Assembly: GCA_963729625.1 (NCBI GenBank)
Contig: CAVSOU010000014.1
Span: 1-64,000, forward strand
Direction: 5' to 3'
Length of the DNA stretch: 64,000 nucleotides
Source: an uncultured bacterium
GTDB taxonomy: Bacteria > Chloroflexota > UBA5177 > JANWHV01
Shown here: one piece after another, positions 10,703-19,884 of the stretch
Layout: each line of letters begins with the position of its first letter
How positions within the stretch are numbered: position 1 is the stretch's first letter
Program-made: the position numbers and the translations under genes
Notes under the pieces: model-generated
Told to the model about the DNA's origin: nothing
What the model saw: only the letters and a program-made list of their open reading frames with translations
Databases searched by the model: none

Positions 10703-11638
10703 TTGCAGGCCGATCGTCCAGCCACTCCGGCGCTGCGCGATGCACCGGCCGCGCCGGCTTCAAGCTGGGCATGCTGTTCTTGCTGCCCGCCTTCCTGGTT
10801 CTGGCCGTGTTCTTTCTGGGCCCGGCGGTGTACGCGGTCTACGTCGGCTTCACCAACATGTCCCTCACGGGTATCGGCGCGGCGACTCCGTCCTGGGTCG
10901 GCCTGGACAACCTCCATCAGATTCTGAGCGACCACCAATTCTTCGACTCCCTTCGCGATCTCGTTGACCTATCTGGTGGGCTCGGCGCTGATCGGTCAGG
11001 CCGCGCTGGGCATGCTGCTGGCTCTTTTGATGAAGAACCGGCGCCCGGTGTTTAAGACCGATTCTGGGCGGCATCATCGTGGCCTGCTGGGTGATCCCCG
11101 ACGTGGTGGCAGGGTACCTGTGGTTTGCCTTCCTCCACGCCGACCTGATGGGTCTCGGCACGGGAAGCGGGCTCTTCAACTCCATCGTCGGCGTGTTCGG
11201 CGTCCCGCAGCGCGCCTGGCTGCAGGACTTACCCATGGCCTCGATTATCGTGGCCAACACGTGGCGTGGTACAGCCTTTTCCATGCTGTTGTACGCTTCG
11301 GCCCTGGAGGGCATCTCCCCCGAGCTTCTGGAAGCTGCCTCGATCGACGGGGCGGGACTATGGGCGAGGGTGCGCAAGATCATCTTGCCGATGCTCAAGG
11401 GGACCATTGCCACGGATCTGCTGCTGATCACGCTGGCCACCCTCTCCGACTTCACCCTCGTCATGGTGCTGACCGGTGGTGGTCCGGGCTTCGATACCCA
11501 ATTGCTGACGATCTACATGTACCAGCACGCGTTCAAGTTCTATGAGCTGGGCTACGGCACGGCAATAGCTCTGCTGATCATTCTGGCGGGCGCGACCTGT
11601 CCCTTCTGTACATTCGCGTTTTGCGCGTGGAAGTGTAG
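10703..11638 (+). CDS. Sugar ABC permease (MalF-like), frameshifted
   Basis: LFLLPAFLVL, WVGLDN, ANTWRG, EAA motif ELLEAASIDGA, LTGGGPG, LGYGTA. Confidence 0.85.
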
Positions 11639-11649
11639 GAGGCGATGCC

Positions 11650-12481
11650 GTGAGACACCGTACGATTCGCTCCCGGCGCGGCCGGTCGCGTACGCGCATC
11701 CTGACCGTGCTTGGCCTCTTCTTCGTGCTGCCGTTCATCTGGGTCATCGTGGCCAGCTTCACCTTGAACGCCAACCTTGGCACGGTCTGGTTCACCGGCT
11801 TCAGCCTCGACAACTTCCGCTACCTGATCGACAACGGCTACATGGAACGGCTTCAAGCAACAGCATCGTGCTGGGGGTCAGCACGATGGTGCTGATGGTC
11901 GTGCTGAGCTGCGGGGCGGGCTATACGCTGTCGCGCTACCATTTTCGCTTCAAGCAGACGGTGATGCTCTTGATTCTGTTCTGCACCGGCCTTCCCGTTC
12001 TGGCTTTGATATTCCCTCTGTATGCACTGTATGTTCGCCTGAACCTGATCGACTCGACGCCGGGTGTGGTCCTCTTCTTCGTCGCCTCGGGCCTGCCGTT
12101 CAACATGTGGCTGATGAAGAACTTCCTCGACTCAGTTTCCATAGAGCTGGAAGAGGCGGCCTGGGTCGACGGGTGTTCGACATTCGGCTCGTTCGTGCGC
12201 GTAGTGCTTGCCGCTCTGCGCGCCAGGCATTGCCGTGGTCGGCATTTTCAGTTTCGTCGGCGCCTACACGAACTTCTTCGTGCCGTTCATCATCTACAGC
12301 AGTGCCGGACAAGTTTCCCGCCTCCGTCGAGCTGTTCAGCCTGTTCGGCAATTACGGTCAGGTCAACTACGCTCAGCTTGCCGCCTACGCCATGATGTAC
12401 GCGCTGCCTGCGGTGGCGCTCTATATGTTTGTTTCGCGCTTCTTCGTCAAGGGTCTCAACGTCGGCGGCACCAAGGGATGA
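11650..12481 (+). CDS. Sugar ABC permease (MalG-like), frameshifted
   Basis: LPFIWVIVASF, AGYTLSRYHF, LPFNMWLMKNF, ELEEAAWVDG, FFVKGLNVGGTKG. Confidence 0.85.
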
Positions 12482-13494
12482 GTGCGGGCCGTCTTGCCGC
12501 GATGGTCATCCTCGCGTTCTGTACCGGTCTCTTCCAGGAAACTCCGGTAGTCGCGCGCGCCTGCGTTGCATCGGTTCGGTCGTCGATGGCACTCCCCGGC
12601 CGCGTGGATAGCCTCGCAGCGGCGAGCGCAGGAGGCGTGGCCGTCGCCGAGGTCGGAGCGCGGGGCTCCACCATCATGTATCTGCCGCACGACACACTCG
12701 AGGTCGTGACGCTTACGGGCAACGGCTCGGCGCACGCCATTTCCACGCCTCAGTACTCCACTGCGCCCGGACTGGCACGATCCGCGCAGAGCAAACTGCT
12801 CTACGCGCTTGCCGGGTCCACGCTGTACACGATCAATGGGGCGGATGGTCGCCTGTTGCGCAGGCAGGTGCTGTCGCTGCTGCCGGTCGGTTGGCCGGCG
12901 GCGATCGCCGCCGGGCCGGGTCGGGATCTGTACGTCGTGGGTCAGATAGCGAATGCCGAGGCCGCACAATTGTTCGCTTTCGATGCGGCGCCTGACTTTA
13001 GCGTGCATGTGCGCTGGCGTGTCGCGCTCGGATATACGCATGCGGGGATCTGGATCGGACAGGCCGGGCGTGACGTACTGGCCGTCTATCTCCCGGACCA
13101 GCACGATTTGAGCGGCACGATCAGCCTGCTGGACACGGCGACAGGGGCACAACGCGCGTCCTACACGGCGCCGATGCCACCCATGGCTGCAGATCCTGAC
13201 ATCGATAGGCTGTATTTCTCAGGCGCCGGGCATATTGAAGCGCGAAGTCTGAGCACCGGGTCGCTCGCGGCGTCCGTCGATGGTGATCCTCCAATGGCAG
13301 TTAGCGACATGGACAAAGTGGCATTCGTACGCGCCGGCCGGATTGTGCTGGCCGAGGGAAAGAGTCTCCAACCCACCAAGACAGTTCTGTTTCCCGAAGG
13401 ACTGGCGCCTACAGCGCTCGCCTGGCACGGATCGAATTTGCTGGTTGGCAATGCCCATGGCATTGTTCGCCTGAGCCTCGGTGGATGCACGTGA
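12478..13494 (+). CDS. Putative exported beta-rich (propeller-like) hypothetical protein
   Basis: ATGA overlap with the permease stop; hydrophobic N-terminus; repeated LLYA/LYVV/ISLLD/LYFS strands. Confidence 0.6.
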   Translation: MSAGRLAAMVILAFCTGLFQETPVVARACVASVRSSMALPGRVDSLAAASAGGVAVAEVGARGSTIMYLPHDTLEVVTLTGNGSAHAISTPQYSTAPGLARSAQSKLLYALAGSTLYTINGADGRLLRRQVLSLLPVGWPAAIAAGPGRDLYVVGQIANAEAAQLFAFDAAPDFSVHVRWRVALGYTHAGIWIGQAGRDVLAVYLPDQHDLSGTISLLDTATGAQRASYTAPMPPMAADPDIDRLYFSGAGHIEARSLSTGSLAASVDGDPPMAVSDMDKVAFVRAGRIVLAEGKSLQPTKTVLFPEGLAPTALAWHGSNLLVGNAHGIVRLSLGGCT

Positions 13495-13602
13495 TGTGGC
13501 TTGGGAGCAAAGCATACAGTACATGGGAGACGGCGTAGGTCGCGGATCTTCGGGAACGTCGCACAACGGGAAGATTGACGGAATGGAGAGGGAGAGTCGG
13601 CG

Positions 13603-16600
13603 ATGGACCTAACCGCGCGCAGGCTTCGAACCCGGTCAGCCGAGCAAATGCGCTCGGCAGTTCTGGAAAGAGCGCCGCTACTGGCGCTGCGGATGAAGGG
13701 CGGCAGGCCTGCCGGATTCGCCGCCGATGCCGAGGACAACGCAGGGTGGAGCGACGTGACGACGGGCGATCGGTGGGGTGGCAGCGAGGCCTGGGCCGTC
13801 TTCAAGGCGACGTTTCGGGTGCCGGACGCGTGGGCCGGATCCCGGATCCGGCTCCGCCTCGAGCTCGGCGGCCAGGGGATGGCCTACCTCGACGGCACGG
13901 CATGGCAGGGACTGGACGAAAACCACCGGCATGTGACGCTGCCTTCGTCGCTCGTCGACGGTAAGGAACACGTGCTGTTGGTAGAAGCATATGCCATGGG
14001 CGAGACTACCGCACCTCGCGCGCACGGGACCACATGCGCGGTCGGCGAGTGCAGCCTGGAGTGCGTGAGCGATGAGGCGGAAGCACTCGCATACGATCTT
14101 CTTCTGGGGGCCGACACGGTACGCAGCCTTCCTCCGGAGCACCCGGCTCGCCAACCTCTTGAGGACCTGTTGCTTGAGTGCGAGCGTGGCGTCGACCGCC
14201 GCAAGCCGGGCAGTGACACGTTCTTCACCAGTGTGCGCGAAGCTCGTGCCGTTCTGGCTGCCGGTCTGCCCGAGCTCGCGCATGCGTTTGGCGTGTGCGC
14301 CACAGCGCTGGCCATGGGGCACGCGCACATCGACACAGCATGGCTGTGGACGTTAGGTCAGACGCGAAGAAAGGTCGCGCGATCCTGGTCCACTGCCCTG
14401 CGGTTGATGGAGCAGTATCCTGACTTCCACTTTCTCGCCAGTCAGTCCCAGCAGTACAAGTGGATTGAAGAGGACGAGCCCGCGCTTTACCGGGAGATTC
14501 TTGCCCGGGTGCGCGAGGGGCGCTGGGAGCCGGCCGCGGCAATGTGGGTCGAACCGGACGTGAACCTTACCTCGGGCGAGTCGCTGGTGCGCCAACTCCT
14601 GCACGGCCAGCGCGACTCACTGGCGCGTTTCGGCGCGCGGTGCGAGTATCTCTGGCTGCCGGACACGTTCGGCTATAGCGCGGCGCTGCCTGGTCTGATG
14701 CGCAGCGCGGGCGTGATCGCCTTCGTAACCAGCAAGCTGTCCTGGAACACCACGAATCGGATGCCGCACGACACATTTCGCTGGCGCGGTCTCGACGGTT
14801 CAGAGGTGCTGGCATTCTTCATCACGGCCGGAATCGACCCACGAGCCGAAACGTGGATCACGGATCCCGATAATCCGTTGATCGGGATTGCCACCTACAA
14901 CGGCCACTTTACCGCCCACGAAGTGAGCAGCGCGTGGCAGCGCTACAGGGACAAGGCCCGCAACGACACGGTACTCTATCCGTTCGGCTGGGGTGACGGC
15001 GGCGGCGGTCCCACGGAACAGATGCTCGAGATGGCGGCTCGCATGCGCGCGTATCCTGGACTGCCGGCAGTGAGGCAGGGCTCGGCGGGAGCATTCCTGA
15101 AGCGACTGCACGAACGCGCGATCGACGATCCCCGCACTCCCGTGTGGGATGGCGAGATGTATCTCGAATACCATCGCGGCGTGTACACCAGTCAGGCTGG
15201 GGTCAAAGCAGGCAATCGCAGGTGCGAGCACGATCTGCATGATGCCGAGCTCTGGGTGAGCTGGGCCGCCGCTCGCGGTGCCGCCGTGGCGGACTGGCAG
15301 GCCCGCCTCGGCGAGGCGTGGGAGCTCCTGCTGGTGAACCAGTTTCACGACATCCTGCCCGGCTCGTCAATAGGCGACGTCTACGTGGACCAGGCGCACG
15401 ACCACGCTTGCATACAGGAGCTGGCCGCCGATGTGGGGCAGCAGGCGCAGGCGGTCCTGGCTGAACAGGTCGAAGGTCCGGACGGTGCCCTGGTGCTGTT
15501 CAATAGCACGCCCTGGCCGCGCGCGGATGTCGAGGTCGATGCGGCTGAGTTGCATGACGTTTCGCCTTGCGGCCTCGACGGCAGCCCGCTGCCTGTACAG
15601 CGGGCCACGAATCTGGATGGGCGAGAACGAGTGCTCGTCGGTGGTCTTCAGCTGCCGCCAATGGGCTATCAGGTGGTCGGTCTGGGCGCGACTAGGTCGA
15701 GCAGGGAAGACGGCGCGCTGGTGGCCGGCGAACAGCACCTCGAGAACCAATTCTTCACTTTGACGCTCGATCAGGCAGGCAGAATCTCGCGCCTGTACGA
15801 CAAGAGGTTCGATCGCGATGTCCTGCTTCCCCACGGTGGGGGAAACCGCCTGATCGCGTTCGAAGACAAGCCGATGGACTTCGATGCGTGGGACATCGAT
15901 GCGCACTATGTCGAGAAGTTCTGGGACATTGACGAGCTCAGCGATCTGAGGGTGGTCGAGCGCGGGCCGCTGCGAGCTGGCGTGGAGCTGCGGCGGTCTT
16001 GGGACGGCTCCACAATCACGCAGCGCGTTTTGCTGCACAAGGATATCGCCAGAATTGACTTTCAGACCAGTATCATGTGGCATCACCAGCAGGTGCTGCT
16101 GAAAGCAGCATTCCCACTCAACGTCCGCGCCACACATGCGCGGTACGAGTGCGCGTTTGGCTGGGTTGAGCGGCCGACCCATCGCAACACGAGCTGGGAT
16201 GCCGCGCGATTCGAGGTCGCAGGCCATCGATGGGCAGACCTGTCTGAGGCAGACTACGGGGTCAGTCTGCTCAACGACGCAAAGTACGGCTACGATTGCC
16301 TCGACTCAACGCTCCGGTTGACGCTGCTCAAGTCGGGTATCTACCCGGATCCATCGGCAGACCAGGGCGCTCACTATTTCAGTTATGCCCTTTTGCCGCA
16401 CGGAGCCGGCTGGATGGTTTCGGACACGGTGCAGGCTGCCTACGGGCTGAATCTGCCGGTCTCCGCGCGTCTGCGCAGGGGCTCTGTGGGCGGCCTGCCC
16501 GCAACGCAGTCGCTGGTCAGCACAAACAGCCGGCATGCCGTGGTCGATACGGTGAAGCCGGCCGAGGACGGCGACGGCATCGTCGTGCGAGTGTACGATT

Positions 16601-16779
16601 GCGCAGGCGGTCGGGAACGCACGACGCTGACATTCGCAACGACAATCGAGGCTGCAGAATCGGTCAATATCCTGGAAGACGTTGAAGACGGTACGGCTCG
16701 TCCTCACTGCGAAGGCAATTCACTCACCTTCGACCTGGGACCGTTTTCCGTTCGCTCGTTCCGCGTTCACCTGGCGTAG
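13603..16779 (+). CDS. Alpha-mannosidase, GH38
   Basis: GHAHIDTAWLW, WVEPDVN, WLPDTFGYS, GWGDGGGGP, YLEYHRG, NQFHDILPGS, LLNDAKYG. Confidence 0.95.
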   Translation: MDLTARRLRTRSAEQMRSAVLERAPLLALRMKGGRPAGFAADAEDNAGWSDVTTGDRWGGSEAWAVFKATFRVPDAWAGSRIRLRLELGGQGMAYLDGTAWQGLDENHRHVTLPSSLVDGKEHVLLVEAYAMGETTAPRAHGTTCAVGECSLECVSDEAEALAYDLLLGADTVRSLPPEHPARQPLEDLLLECERGVDRRKPGSDTFFTSVREARAVLAAGLPELAHAFGVCATALAMGHAHIDTAWLWTLGQTRRKVARSWSTALRLMEQYPDFHFLASQSQQYKWIEEDEPALYREILARVREGRWEPAAAMWVEPDVNLTSGESLVRQLLHGQRDSLARFGARCEYLWLPDTFGYSAALPGLMRSAGVIAFVTSKLSWNTTNRMPHDTFRWRGLDGSEVLAFFITAGIDPRAETWITDPDNPLIGIATYNGHFTAHEVSSAWQRYRDKARNDTVLYPFGWGDGGGGPTEQMLEMAARMRAYPGLPAVRQGSAGAFLKRLHERAIDDPRTPVWDGEMYLEYHRGVYTSQAGVKAGNRRCEHDLHDAELWVSWAAARGAAVADWQARLGEAWELLLVNQFHDILPGSSIGDVYVDQAHDHACIQELAADVGQQAQAVLAEQVEGPDGALVLFNSTPWPRADVEVDAAELHDVSPCGLDGSPLPVQRATNLDGRERVLVGGLQLPPMGYQVVGLGATRSSREDGALVAGEQHLENQFFTLTLDQAGRISRLYDKRFDRDVLLPHGGGNRLIAFEDKPMDFDAWDIDAHYVEKFWDIDELSDLRVVERGPLRAGVELRRSWDGSTITQRVLLHKDIARIDFQTSIMWHHQQVLLKAAFPLNVRATHARYECAFGWVERPTHRNTSWDAARFEVAGHRWADLSEADYGVSLLNDAKYGYDCLDSTLRLTLLKSGIYPDPSADQGAHYFSYALLPHGAGWMVSDTVQAAYGLNLPVSARLRRGSVGGLPATQSLVSTNSRHAVVDTVKPAEDGDGIVVRVYDCAGGRERTTLTFATTIEAAESVNILEDVEDGTARPHCEGNSLTFDLGPFSVRSFRVHLA

Positions 16780-16915
16780 GGTCCCGCCGGGAAGGGGGAG
16801 GGCGCGCCGGCAGGGCCTCAACTGCGAGGCCCTGCCGCGGCGTGCCCGCACCGCGCAAGCGCAGTGCGGTGCGTGTGGGGAGTTGTTGACGGCCTTCGGA
16901 TTGCCGGAGTACGCG

Positions 16916-17287
16916 TCAATCCACCGGATCGCCCAGGCGGACCTGACGTCGCAAAGTGGCCAACTGCATGAACAGGTAAGAGAGCGAGTGATACGGGCAC
17001 CTGTCGCACGTAGCCTCGGTCACCTGAACGCGAGATCGATTGTGCGAGCGCAGGACGGGCGATTCCGTGCCACGCGACTCGTGTGAGGACTCGTCGAGCC
17101 TCCTTTCCATGAGCTGTCTGACGCCCTCGCGCTTGCTCGTCCGGCGCCTTCGTCGCCAGAGAGCGTCAGCCGTGTGCAAGGCGCATATGGGCTTGTGTGT
17201 GGTGGTATGATGGTGCAAGCGACAGAGCACGATGCCGCCCGTTAGTCGGCGCAGCGCATGCTCGTGTGGCGTCGCCGTAGGGTCCAT
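16916..17287 (-). CDS. Possible small Cys/His-rich hypothetical protein
   Basis: 123-aa ORF with CRLHHH, ICALH and CDRC in an otherwise gene-free gap; no clear RBS. Confidence 0.25.
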   Translation of the reverse strand: MDPTATPHEHALRRLTGGIVLCRLHHHTTTHKPICALHTADALWRRRRRTSKREGVRQLMERRLDESSHESRGTESPVLRSHNRSRVQVTEATCDRCPYHSLSYLFMQLATLRRQVRLGDPVD

Positions 17288-17517
17288 TCGCAGGCCCTAT
17301 ACCAGTGCCGTGCCTCGAGACGGCATGACGGGCAGGTTGACTTCGGCTGCTCGCTGATTCGCGACTGTCCGCAGGATGTCATCGCCGGCCACCCTGCGAT
17401 TCCAGGCGCCCTCATTCCAGATTCTGCACGCAAGCCCACCCGACGTGTTGTCGCATGGTTCCGGCTCGTCGGCACGCACCCAGGCAGCGGCTCGTCAGCT
17501 CAGTGTGGCCGGGCGCA

Positions 17518-17655
17518 GACCAGGCGTGACGAGTCTCGGCCGGATGCGTGTACGACTGGTCCGGCGCATGTCGCGGAAGGCGAGCCCGCTATGCGCCCAG
17601 TAGACCAAGGAGAATTCGCATGAAGCGACACCATTTGGCGTTCCTGAGCGATCTG
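17518..17655 (+). repeat. 138-bp leader+RBS+first 12 codons, copy 1
   Basis: Aligns without gaps to 21655-21792 with 8 mismatches counted by eye. Confidence 0.95.
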
Positions 17656-19203
17656 CGGCGCGTGACCCTCGCGTCCGTCCTCTGCGTTACACTTGCCAGC
17701 ACCGCACTGACGGTACACGCGCAGGGCCTTACTCCAACCGCCCTGTCATTGGCTGCCGCTGCACCGGCACCTACCGCGACGACCACAGCGCCGCCCACGA
17801 GCACGTCCCTGCTCACCGGCAGCGTGACACCAATGCCGCCGACCAGTAGCCCAACCCCGCCGCCGAACTCTACGGCCGTGCTCCCAACTTCGACGACCAC
17901 GGCAGTGCCGTCAACTACTCACACGGCGACACCTTCTCCAGCAGCAACTCCGCGCCCGTGTTCGACCGGCACGATGGCGGCGCTGCTGCGCTGTATCGAG
18001 CCAAGCATGCTGCGCGTGGCTGCGCGAGGCGCAGGTGGCACTCGTTCCGGCACGGCCTTTGTGGTGCGCGCGGACTCGTCTGGCTCCTACGCGCTGGTCA
18101 CCGACAGTGTGGTCCAAGGCATCAGTCCCGGTCGTATTACCTTGACTTCTCTTGACGGCAAGGCGCACTATGCCGTGACCACTGTGCGAGCGATGCACGC
18201 ACGAGGCGGTGGCACTGCTGACCTGGCGCTGCTTCGCCTCTTCCCGGCTCACATGGTAGCGCTTGCCTGGGGCAACTCCACGCAGCTGAAAGTCGGCCAG
18301 GCGGTGGTCAGCCTCTCCGCCGGCCAAGCTGGCGCGGCGCCCAGCGTCGTGGTGGACACCATCTCTGCCCTGCACTGCGACCGCGGCGACGGCCTGGGGC
18401 GCTTCTGGATCCGGCATGGCGCCCTTACGGCGAAGAGCGCGCCGGGCGGGCTGCTACTTGCCCGGGACGGAAGCGTCGTCGGACTCAACGTGCAGCAGAC
18501 CGCCGGCACGGGGCTTTTCGCTATCCCGGCTGCCAGCCTCAAGGCTGCGGTTACTTCGATGTTCACAGTCATCCAGGCCCAGCTGCCCACGGCGTCGCCG
18601 ACACCAACGGTCCCGCCGTCCGCCACGGCCTCGCCCTCGGCGACCGCCACGGCGATTCCGACCGCTACTCTACCGCCGACGGCGACGGCGACGACACCGC
18701 CCGCGGCGACGGCGACGACACCGCCCACGGCGACGGCCAGTGCTACTGCCACTGCGGAGACCACCACCTTCGCCGCCAGCGGGTACACCATTCAGCTGCC
18801 TGCAGGGTGGGCGTCTACCAACGTCGGTACGACGCTCGGGTTCCGAAGTGCGGACAACCTGGTCACACTACTGGCCGGAGTCTTTGCCAGCTCGCCGGGT
18901 TACGCGCAGAGCGACATTTGCCAAACATTAGCGAACAGCGTGGCAGAAGCAGTCATCGATTTCGCCAATCAAGGCATGCAATTCACCGCGATGAGCAATT
19001 GCCAACCACAGTCCATCGGGTTGTTGTCCGGCTACGGCCTCACGTTCACCTACACCAAGTCGGGAGTGGCCTGGACCACCTTCATCGGCCGCGGGACGGA
19101 TGGCACCCACAACATAGACGTCTCGTACAGCTATCCCGCAACGACACCTGACGCAGAGATTCAACTGGCAGCTGCGATGACTGCATCGATACGAATCACA
19201 TAG
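17620..19203 (+). CDS. Secreted protein: Thr/Pro stalk, trypsin-like (S1C) domain with lost catalytic residues, stalk, PsbP/DcrB-like C-terminal domain
   Basis: AAGGAG RBS; signal peptide ending VHA; GTAFVV, DLALLRL, LKVGQAVV, PGGLLLARDGSVVGLN; C-domain SGYTIQLPAGW...TASIRIT. Confidence 0.8.
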   Translation: MKRHHLAFLSDLRRVTLASVLCVTLASTALTVHAQGLTPTALSLAAAAPAPTATTTAPPTSTSLLTGSVTPMPPTSSPTPPPNSTAVLPTSTTTAVPSTTHTATPSPAATPRPCSTGTMAALLRCIEPSMLRVAARGAGGTRSGTAFVVRADSSGSYALVTDSVVQGISPGRITLTSLDGKAHYAVTTVRAMHARGGGTADLALLRLFPAHMVALAWGNSTQLKVGQAVVSLSAGQAGAAPSVVVDTISALHCDRGDGLGRFWIRHGALTAKSAPGGLLLARDGSVVGLNVQQTAGTGLFAIPAASLKAAVTSMFTVIQAQLPTASPTPTVPPSATASPSATATAIPTATLPPTATATTPPAATATTPPTATASATATAETTTFAASGYTIQLPAGWASTNVGTTLGFRSADNLVTLLAGVFASSPGYAQSDICQTLANSVAEAVIDFANQGMQFTAMSNCQPQSIGLLSGYGLTFTYTKSGVAWTTFIGRGTDGTHNIDVSYSYPATTPDAEIQLAAAMTASIRIT

Positions 19204-19884
19204 CGTGCACGGGCCAGGGCAGATGGGACGGTTCGAGCGGGGACGGTAGGAAATCGTCAGCGCCGTGCCGCGGGAAAGCACGGCTCGCGCAACGAACCTG
19301 GAGGTAGGCTGACGTCGTGACTGGTCTCAGCAGGTACTCGCCGGCCGCGTATCGACGCTGATCACACCCGTTCCTCTCGCCGTCCAGGTTGCCGCCGGCC
19401 TATCCGTGCTCGCGTCGAGTGTTTCTGCTTTGGCATCGCGCCGGCAAAGGGGTAGGTTGCCGTGCCGCGATCGGCATGGTGAGGGAAGCTCGAGGATGAA
19501 CGGCATTGCGGAAGGCTACGGCCACTGCGGAGAGCGGCTGTTCGCCATCGCGACCCAAGCCCTGGTTGTGGCTGCGGCTCCAATTGGCTCGTTGCAGTTC
19601 AGGGGGCTCCGCGGCCCCGGATGAGAGTTCCGTACAGTGTTAGGCCTGTCGGTGAGAGTGCTTCGACCGCTAGTCTGGGCGTGCGGGTGGGGTGGACATC
19701 CTCGACGACCGCCCTCCAATCCCGCAGATTCTGGGGAGCGCGGACATGAGTGCTGCCACGATGGACGACCACCGGCCGGAGGGCGGTTCAGCTGACTGTG
19801 TGGCGACGACCTCACCGCGCGAGCATTTCGGGGCAACCTCGGGATCGTGCGCTTGAGGCGCCGTGCAGTTGAAAGGAGTTCACC

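Noticed and set aside
19204-19884. 680-bp gap between secreted-protein genes as a hidden gene or RNA
   Set aside because: No convincing ORF, RBS, repeat or known RNA motif found by eye; left unannotated.
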